DNA from: Bacteroidales bacterium
Lineage (GTDB): Bacteria; Bacteroidota; Bacteroidia; Bacteroidales; TTA-H9
Direction: 5' to 3'
Length of the DNA: 64,000 bases
NCBI GenBank assembly: GCA_049969475.1
Contig: JBMFOU010000002.1
Location: 72,271-136,270, forward strand
Made by a program: the position numbers and the translations under genes. Positions 44,152 through 50,432 of this stretch are shown here, piece by piece. Every line of letters begins with the position of its first letter. Positions within the stretch are counted from its first letter, which is position 1. The notes below the pieces were generated by a model that saw only the letters and a program-made list of their open reading frames with translations, was not told the DNA's origin and did no database searches.

Positions 44152-45492
44152 TTAATCGAAATATGCATTAACAGGACCGTATACGTGGTAGAAACCGGTT
44201 TTCAAGACGGTGTTCACGTCTTCCTCGCTCAGAGCCACCCCAGTACTAACCAGAGCCCTGGCAATGTCGCGCGAAGCTCTGCCGTATTCGATAGCCAGCC
44301 GGGCAGCAGCCGAAGCATGCCCTTTCAGGCTGTCGAAATAGGGCTTTAAAGTATTACTCGCATCAGATATTTTAATGGCAGTTTTCCATTGCGGGGCTCC
44401 TTCAGGCCAGGGAGCTCCCCATTGCCTTACCGCATTTTCTAACTCATCCACAGACAGATAAGACCTGGAATTTAGATCGAATATTCCTACAATACGTCCC
44501 TTTTCATATTTAAAAAAACCATCTTTCTGGGAACCATCAGGATACTGACCTCCTTTCACCCCAACGGCCAGCATACGGTCGAGCAAGTCGCTATGAAGTT
44601 TCTCATTCGGATAATGAGGATTCATTACCTTCATAATGTACTGACACACATCAATACCCACGTAATCCACCAGCTGAAAGATACCCATGGGCCTTACCAA
44701 CAATTCATGACTTACTTTATTGAGAAGATAAATAGCCTGGGTTTCGGGCATGCCTTTGGCGGTCAACTTTTCTACCTGCGAGGTGGCAAAAAGAATATCG
44801 CGCATAAAGTGCCCGTTGCCAATGAATCCTGCCTTGTCGTTCGAAAAAACGATAACCTTTTTGAGGGTCTGAGCAAATTCAAGGGCAAACTCCCTGAGCT
44901 CGGCGCTGGTGCCTGCTGAAGGGATGATTTCTATCAACTTCTGAACAGCCGGAGGGTTATAAAAATGAAACCCAATGAGACGCCCCTCAAGACCTGCTTC
45001 TTTTTCAAGCCAGGAAATGGGTATACTGCTAGTGTTTGTCAGATACCAGGGTTTATGCGGATTGACCTTTTCAATTTGACGGAAAAGCTGAACCTTGAGC
45101 TCTGGATTTTCACTGGCAGCTTCAAAAACCAGGTTGACGCTAGCCGCATTTTCAATCCGGTTTACGGGTCGAACAATGCTCAGCACATGCTTGACGTATT
45201 CCCTAATAATTTCTTCATTCTCCACAAGGTCAGCCCGGTCGGCATAAACTTTACGTAAATACACAGTATTTTTCTCAGCATACTTTAAGGCCTGACTTTC
45301 AATATACTTAAGTAAGCCGGCCAGATTTTCGTTGTTTACATCGATTGCATAAAGAATATATTGCTGCCCGCGATTTTGGGGCAACACACTCTGAGAGGCC
45401 ATCTCGAGGGCTGTTAGCATGGTGATGCCACTTCCCATCTTGCCGGCGGCTCCCAGCACTGCTACATTTCTCAGCTTTTCCTCTGCTTTCAT
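44152..45492 (-). CDS. 3-hydroxyacyl-CoA dehydrogenase family protein (long form)
   Basis: 446 aa. Rossmann motif 'VAVLGAAGKMGSGI', then 'NTSSIPIS', 'GFHFYNPP' and 'KAGFIGN'. It carries an insertion in the NAD domain and an extended C-terminal domain compared with about 285-aa Hbd enzymes. Confidence 0.75.
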   Translation of the reverse strand: MKAEEKLRNVAVLGAAGKMGSGITMLTALEMASQSVLPQNRGQQYILYAIDVNNENLAGLLKYIESQALKYAEKNTVYLRKVYADRADLVENEEIIREYVKHVLSIVRPVNRIENAASVNLVFEAASENPELKVQLFRQIEKVNPHKPWYLTNTSSIPISWLEKEAGLEGRLIGFHFYNPPAVQKLIEIIPSAGTSAELREFALEFAQTLKKVIVFSNDKAGFIGNGHFMRDILFATSQVEKLTAKGMPETQAIYLLNKVSHELLVRPMGIFQLVDYVGIDVCQYIMKVMNPHYPNEKLHSDLLDRMLAVGVKGGQYPDGSQKDGFFKYEKGRIVGIFDLNSRSYLSVDELENAVRQWGAPWPEGAPQWKTAIKISDASNTLKPYFDSLKGHASAAARLAIEYGRASRDIARALVSTGVALSEEDVNTVLKTGFYHVYGPVNAYFD

Positions 45493-45515
45493 ATAAATGT
45501 ATTTTTGATTTGAAT

Positions 45516-46295
45516 TTACCAGTTAGGCTTTCTTTTCTCAAGGAAGGCACTCATGCCTTCCCATCCTTGATTTCCTTTACCAAAGGGAAGACCAAAATAT
45601 TCGGCCTCCAGTTTCAGGCCTTCCGTTAGGGTCATTTGCATGCCTTCATGCACGGTTTTTTTAACCAATTCCACTGCCAGCGGACCGCGTGAGACTATAA
45701 CTTCAGCCACACGACGGGCTTCGGGCAACAAATCTTCAGGTTCTGTTACCTTCCATACCAACCCCATTCGGAGGGCTTCTTGTGCATCGATCATTTCACC
45801 TGTTAGCAACATATAAAGGGCATTCCCCAGCCCAACAATTCGAGGCAATCTCTGGCTGCCCCCGAAACCAGGAATCAGTCCCAAATTGACTTCCGGCTGC
45901 CCCATTTTTGCCTTTACTGAGGCAATCCGGATATCGCAGGCCATGGCCAGTTCGAGTCCTCCTCCTAAAGCAAAACCATTAATGGCTGCAACAACAGGAA
46001 TCTTGAGTTTTTGCAAACGATCGAAGGTTCGCTGCCCGTTTTCCGAAAATACTTTGGCTTCGCCTTGGGTTTTGTTTTGCATTTCAGCAATATCGGCACC
46101 TGCCACGAATGCCTTTCCAGAACCAGTTATAATGAGTGCCCGCAGTTTGTTGAGTTGCTCCACTTCATCCAGCACTGTATTCAGTTCATCGAAAGTAGCA
46201 GTATTAAGTGCATTGAGGGCCTCAGGCCGGTTTAGCGTTATTAAACCTATGGGGCCGCCCAAATCCGGTAAAAGGTTTTTATACTCCATGGACAT
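45516..46295 (-). CDS. enoyl-CoA hydratase (crotonase family)
   Basis: 259 aa. 'ITLNRPEALNAL', 'AFVAGADIAEM' and 'AINGFALGGGLELAMACDIRIAS' are canonical crotonase motifs. Confidence 0.9.
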   Translation of the reverse strand: MSMEYKNLLPDLGGPIGLITLNRPEALNALNTATFDELNTVLDEVEQLNKLRALIITGSGKAFVAGADIAEMQNKTQGEAKVFSENGQRTFDRLQKLKIPVVAAINGFALGGGLELAMACDIRIASVKAKMGQPEVNLGLIPGFGGSQRLPRIVGLGNALYMLLTGEMIDAQEALRMGLVWKVTEPEDLLPEARRVAEVIVSRGPLAVELVKKTVHEGMQMTLTEGLKLEAEYFGLPFGKGNQGWEGMSAFLEKRKPNW

Positions 46296-46396
46296 GGTTT
46301 TTAGTAATGCTAAAATACAAACATTTAAATATTAAATACTGTTTAGATTACAAAACAAAAACTTATGAAAATTATTGTTATTCAATAAACACTTTA

Positions 46397-46404
46397 TACA
46401 TTTG
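46397..46404 (+). promoter_or_regulatory. -7 promoter box (TACATTTG)
   Basis: tacatttg lies 18 nt upstream of GTG 46423 and inside the ORF-track extension that begins at 46375. Confidence 0.45.
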
Positions 46405-46422
46405 AGGGCGAAAACGCCAGTT

Positions 46423-46953
46423 GTGAAGTCATTCAGGCAAACTATTGTATTAGGATTCTGCCTGTGTCTGCTAATAAGCGCCCAGGCCCAAATTCCGGCC
46501 GGATTTCATCCGCGATATTGCCTTTACGACCTCGAGGAAGCCCCAATCAATGGCAACCCAACTCATTGTGGAACAGCAATGGGGGGAACGGGAAGTATGC
46601 AGGTACAGACCGAGTATTCCTACTATAAAGATGCAGACGGTAATCTGCAGGCCCTATGTGTTAGCCGGCAGATAGAAAATAGTAACCTAGAAAAAAAACA
46701 CCATTCAGGTGAAAAATTGTCTGCCAGCCGAAAAATTAAGATCGTTCCCAATCCTGCCCAGGATGCAATAACTATTGAAGGAGCCTGGCCAGCCTCAGTT
46801 TATTTCTTCGATGCCTTTGGACGCCTGGCACTTTTCGAACAATTGAATACAGATCTTCAAATCGATATTAGTAGTTTACCCTGTGGTATTTACTCAGTTA
46901 AGATGGATAGTCAAGGAATTATATATACATTGCCCTTGCTTATCCAGCGATAA
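46423..46953 (+). CDS. small Cys-containing secreted protein with T9SS C-terminal sorting domain (mini-cargo), function unknown
   Basis: ORF 46375-46953, with the start moved to GTG 46423 (VKSFRQTIVLGFCLCLLISAQA signal peptide). The passenger region is only about 90 aa. The C-terminal 'VPNPAQDAITIEG...GIYSVKM' is a type-A T9SS CTD. Confidence 0.55.
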   Translation: MKSFRQTIVLGFCLCLLISAQAQIPAGFHPRYCLYDLEEAPINGNPTHCGTAMGGTGSMQVQTEYSYYKDADGNLQALCVSRQIENSNLEKKHHSGEKLSASRKIKIVPNPAQDAITIEGAWPASVYFFDAFGRLALFEQLNTDLQIDISSLPCGIYSVKMDSQGIIYTLPLLIQR

Positions 46954-46999
46954 GCAATATAAAATCTGTCGGCAAGCATGATGAATGATTAAGTAAGCC

Positions 47000-48109
47000 T
47001 CAGAAATTTTCAGGGGCTTGAATATTTTTTTTGCGTCTAAAATGGAGGGAATCACCCCACTCGTCCCAACCTATCTCGCAGCCAGCCATATAAATACGCG
47101 CTTCAAGGCAATGCTGGCACTCGGCAGCTTCCTCATCAATGCAAGGTTTGTCCTGGTAAAGCAGGTAGTTTTCTCGATACTTGAGCGGAGTAAGGTTGGG
47201 CATGATAACGTTAGCACCTACCATCATGGCTTTCTCTCGCCCCTGGGGATCGATGGTTTGCATGGCAGTGGTGGCTGCAATGTTGATATCGGGCATCAAA
47301 ATGCGCAGAAGGGCGACCATTTTTAAGGATAAATAAAACCTTTCGGAGCGGGGCATGAGTAGATGGCGGTATTGATAAAGCGGTGTGTCCTGATGCTCTA
47401 TGTAGGGGCCCATGCCTGCCATATCGATATCAAATTCCTTGAAAAACAATAAATCGCCGGCTAAATCATCAAGGGTTTGGAAAGGGAGGCCTATCATGAC
47501 ACCGGTTCCTACCTGATATCCCGTTTTTTTGAGGTCTTCCAGCGCCTTCAGTCTTGACTCGAAACGATGCAGTCGGTTTTCAGGATGTATTTTCCGATAC
47601 AGTTGGGGATTGGATGTTTCGATACGCAGCAGGTACCGATGAGCCCCGCATTCGTACCAGTATCGGTAGGTTTCTTCGGTCTGTTCACCCATCGAGAGGG
47701 TAATACCCAGCCGACCGGTCGACATTTCTTTGATTTTCTTCAGGAGCGAACCGATTTTCTTAATGTGGTAGCGGGAAAACAATTCGCCACCCTGAATGAC
47801 GATAGAAGCAAAACGATTTTCTAAGGCAAAACGGGCCGCCTCCAGCACCTCCTCATCGGTCATGCGATATCGGGCCACCTTTCGGTTGCCTGAGCGCACT
47901 CCGCAATAATAACAGTTTTTAAGGCATCGGTTGGAGTATTCAATGAGGCCTCTGAAATAAACCTTCTTGCCAACGGTCTCCTGCTTTACGCGGGCTGCTT
48001 TTTCAAAAATTAGTTTGCGCCCGGCTTCATCTGCTCCTAGCAATACGACCAGATCTTCACGGGAGAAGGTATCCTGAGCTAATATGTTACTGATTTGATC
48101 CGTTGACAT
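47000..48109 (-). CDS. radical SAM enzyme, HydE/BioB-like ([FeFe]-hydrogenase maturase HydE family by resemblance)
   Basis: 369 aa. The CxxxCxxC cluster is 'CLKNCYYCGVRSGN'. 'YRMT.EE', 'IVIQGGE', 'RYLLRIETSNP.LYRKIHP', 'MIGLPFQTLDDLAGDLLFFKEFDIDMAGMGPYI.H.DTPL', 'LKMVALLRILMPD.NI.ATTAM' and 'GANVIMPN.TP' track the Thermotoga HydE sequence as I remember it, block by block. Confidence 0.65.
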   Translation of the reverse strand: MSTDQISNILAQDTFSREDLVVLLGADEAGRKLIFEKAARVKQETVGKKVYFRGLIEYSNRCLKNCYYCGVRSGNRKVARYRMTDEEVLEAARFALENRFASIVIQGGELFSRYHIKKIGSLLKKIKEMSTGRLGITLSMGEQTEETYRYWYECGAHRYLLRIETSNPQLYRKIHPENRLHRFESRLKALEDLKKTGYQVGTGVMIGLPFQTLDDLAGDLLFFKEFDIDMAGMGPYIEHQDTPLYQYRHLLMPRSERFYLSLKMVALLRILMPDINIAATTAMQTIDPQGREKAMMVGANVIMPNLTPLKYRENYLLYQDKPCIDEEAAECQHCLEARIYMAGCEIGWDEWGDSLHFRRKKNIQAPENF

Positions 48110-48126
48110 GCTTCATAGTTGGGCTA

Positions 48127-48134
48127 CAAAGATA
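48127..48134 (-). promoter_or_regulatory. -7 promoter box (TATCTTTG) for the HydE-like gene
   Basis: Plus-strand caaagata is TATCTTTG on the minus strand. It lies 17 nt upstream of ATG 48109. Confidence 0.4.
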
Positions 48135-48161
48135 AACCAAATCGGCAAGCGCTAGTAGTAT

Positions 48162-48193
48162 AAAAAAGGCAGGAAAGCCGCAACTTTCCCGCC
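48162..48193 (-). terminator. intrinsic terminator after folE
   Basis: The minus strand reads GGCGGGAAAG-uugcgg-CUUUCCUGCC (one G-U pair) followed by UUUUUU. It lies 61 nt downstream of the folE stop (48254). Confidence 0.7.
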
Positions 48194-48253
48194 TCTGAAC
48201 TTACCTTGAGGGCTTCGAAATATCTTCCTGAAAACGAAAATACGAAAACCCTA

Positions 48254-48901
48254 TTACGAAAGCTTTGACCCAATAAGGTGCACAAACTCCTCACGCGTCT
48301 CCTTTCGGGTGAATGCTCCGGTGAAGTCAGACGTTGTGGTAACACTATTCTGCTTTTGCACACCCCGCATGGCCATGCACAAATGCTTAGCCTCGATAAC
48401 TACGGCAACACCCAACGGATTGAGGGCTTCCTGGATACAGTCGCGAATCTGCGTAGTAAGCCTTTCCTGTACCTGCAACCGTCGGGCATAGGCATCCACC
48501 ACACGGGCTATTTTACTAAGGCCAGTTATGTATCCGTTAGGAATGTAAGCCACATGCGCCTTGCCAATGAAGGGAATCATATGGTGCTCGCAAAGGCTAT
48601 AAATCTCAATATCTTTCACAATTACCATTTGCCGGTAATCTTCTTTAAAGCGGGCTGAAAGCAGAATCTCCTTGGGATCGAGGTCGTAACCATGAGTAAG
48701 AAACTGCATGGATTTGGCTACCCTTACTGGTGTATCCCGTAATCCTTCTCTTTCCGGATCCTCGCCTATCAATCGTAGAATCTGATAATAGTGAGCAGCT
48801 AGTTTATCGATGGTTTCATAATTATACTTGTCAATCTTTTTGTACCCCTCCAAGGAGTTTTCTTCAATCATTTCATGTATAAGTTTTTCGTCGTCCATCA
48901 T
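48254..48901 (-). CDS. folE: GTP cyclohydrolase I (FolE type)
   Basis: 215 aa. 'TPVRVAKSM', '[38 protein letters not shown]' and 'LQVQERLT' are FolE signatures. Confidence 0.93.
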   Translation of the reverse strand: MMDDEKLIHEMIEENSLEGYKKIDKYNYETIDKLAAHYYQILRLIGEDPEREGLRDTPVRVAKSMQFLTHGYDLDPKEILLSARFKEDYRQMVIVKDIEIYSLCEHHMIPFIGKAHVAYIPNGYITGLSKIARVVDAYARRLQVQERLTTQIRDCIQEALNPLGVAVVIEAKHLCMAMRGVQKQNSVTTTSDFTGAFTRKETREEFVHLIGSKLS

Positions 48902-48969
48902 GTATATAATTTTAGAGTTTTAGGGAAATTGATGTTTAAACATCCCATCCCTCTATTTTGTTTAATCTT

Positions 48970-49380
48970 TTAGCCAAAAAATTCAACAAAATTATTTTCT
49001 GTTTCTTCCAGACGCACACTGTGAAGCTGAGCTCCCATTTCGCGCACGGGTCGCTCTAGCACTTCCCATATCGCTATACATATCATTTCGGTGGAAGCCA
49101 TCTTTCCTTGCATAAAATCGACTTCCGTATTCAAATTTTTATGATCCACCTTTTCAATAACCTTCTCTTTGATAAGGCGACTGAGCGATTTGAGGTTGAT
49201 CACCATGCCCGTAAGTGGATCAACTTCTCCCTTTACTGTAACGTATAGCGTGTAATTGTGTCCATGCCAATGGGGATTAGAGCATTTTCCGAATATCTCG
49301 TAATTCTGCTCATCCGTGTATTCAGGCCTGTAAAGGCGATGGGCTGCATTGAAGGTTTCGCGCCGCGTGAGATAGATCAT
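48970..49380 (-). CDS. 6-pyruvoyl-tetrahydropterin / 6-carboxy-tetrahydropterin synthase (PTPS/QueD family)
   Basis: ORF 48970-49512. Start placed at ATG 49380 (MIYLTRRETFNAAHRL...), with ATG 49395 (MKNDAM...) as the alternative. 'FGKCSNPHWHGHNY' carries the catalytic Cys and Zn-His motif, and 'DHKNLN' also fits. Confidence 0.85.
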   Translation of the reverse strand: MIYLTRRETFNAAHRLYRPEYTDEQNYEIFGKCSNPHWHGHNYTLYVTVKGEVDPLTGMVINLKSLSRLIKEKVIEKVDHKNLNTEVDFMQGKMASTEMICIAIWEVLERPVREMGAQLHSVRLEETENNFVEFFG

Positions 49381-49384
49381 AGCG

Positions 49385-49786
49385 TCATTTTTCATTTTGA
49401 GGATGCTTGAGCCTTGGTAATAACATCGACAATTCAAAGAAGGTATAAAAGACATAGAAAATAAAGAACCAGATAGTAAATGCCTTAAAATCAGATGGAT
49501 TAAGCCATGCATAGCCCAAAATCACCAAAATAAACAGAAAAAGACGGGCCATGGTGGATACCAAGTAAAAATTGTTGAACCTGCTGATATTCTTCTCCAT
49601 CATGTTTAATGCTATACGATGGAACAGCGCCGTATGTGCCAAAAAGAAAAGAAGAATGAAGGGCATGGCTGGCGTTACCATACGCTGAGGCAAGGTAAAT
49701 TGAAGCAGGGTAGCCAGGGCTGCCAGGATGATGGAGAAGATAAATAATTTTCTCAGGAAACTGTGATAAGCCTTAAGGTCACTCAT
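49385..49786 (-). CDS. four-TM membrane protein of unknown function (possibly the DUF6168-type partner of AtpZ)
   Basis: 133 aa and strongly hydrophobic, with no recognised motif. It lies immediately downstream of, and overlaps, the AtpZ-like gene. Confidence 0.4.
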   Translation of the reverse strand: MSDLKAYHSFLRKLFIFSIILAALATLLQFTLPQRMVTPAMPFILLFFLAHTALFHRIALNMMEKNISRFNNFYLVSTMARLFLFILVILGYAWLNPSDFKAFTIWFFIFYVFYTFFELSMLLPRLKHPQNEK

Positions 49787-50009
49787 TTTTACCAGGGTTG
49801 ATAAAATCCTTAATGGAATGATAGATTGCAGCTACTACGGAAATAACTGAAAAAATGAGGGTGAAAACCGGAAAACCGAGATTGAGCCATACATCGAGCT
49901 TGTGCCCGAACCAAACACCTGCCAGGATGATGAAGACCATCTGAAAAGCGAGGAAAGAGTATCGGGCATAGTTGAAAAGAGGGTTCTTTTTCTTATTATT
50001 TGGTTGCAT
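49779..50009 (-). CDS. AtpZ/AtpI-family small membrane protein
   Basis: ORF 49779-50195, trimmed to ATG 50009. It encodes MQPNNKKKNPLFNYARYSFLAFQMVFIILAGVWFGHKLDVWLNLGFPVFTLIFSVISVVAAIYHSIKDFI (76 aa, two TM helices), as in AtpZ. The longer ORF would overlap most of the bactofilin gene. Confidence 0.5.
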   Translation of the reverse strand: MQPNNKKKNPLFNYARYSFLAFQMVFIILAGVWFGHKLDVWLNLGFPVFTLIFSVISVVAAIYHSIKDFINPGKNE

Positions 50010-50382
50010 GGTTATCGGCCAAAGGCGCTGAATCAGATTTCTCTGGATCCATAGAACACTTGCCGCTGAACCGAGCACCTGGCTCGATGGCCAATTTCCC
50101 GCAAATGATATCTCCTTCGAGTTTGCAAGAAGCCTTAAGAGTAAGTAACTCGGCCGATTTGACCTGACCCTTGAGCCGTCCCGAGAAGTCACCATTCCTA
50201 CATATAATATCTCCTTCGATGACTCCTGTTTCGCCCACTACGATTTTTCCTCCGCATTCAATGGCACCTTTTACGGTTCCTTCAATGCGTATATCGCCCC
50301 CGCATTTCACCGCACCTTCTATGACGGTATTAGGGCCTATAATGTTAACTGCCGGAGCTTCAGTAATTATTGGTTTGGCCAT
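49996..50382 (-). CDS. bactofilin (polymer-forming cytoskeletal protein)
   Basis: 128 aa. It has the repetitive beta-helical pattern 'IGPNTVIEGAVKCGGDIRIEGTVKGAIECGGKIVVGETGVIEGDIICRNGDFSGRLKGQV....L.L......EGDI....L.IE.GA.F.G'. Confidence 0.85.
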   Translation of the reverse strand: MAKPIITEAPAVNIIGPNTVIEGAVKCGGDIRIEGTVKGAIECGGKIVVGETGVIEGDIICRNGDFSGRLKGQVKSAELLTLKASCKLEGDIICGKLAIEPGARFSGKCSMDPEKSDSAPLADNHATK

Positions 50383-50432
50383 AATAAATTTTTTGTAAAG
50401 TTATAATGAATTATCCATGCTTCACTTAAACC

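Noticed and set aside
47000-49395. Treating the HydE-like radical SAM gene, folE and the PTPS/QueD gene as one 7-deazaguanine/pterin operon, with the radical SAM gene acting as a QueE substitute.
   Set aside because: A good intrinsic terminator (48162-48193) and a separate -7 box (48127-48134) lie between folE and the radical SAM gene. The protein resembles HydE/BioB-type enzymes (369 aa), not QueE (about 210-250 aa). I kept it only as a positional observation.
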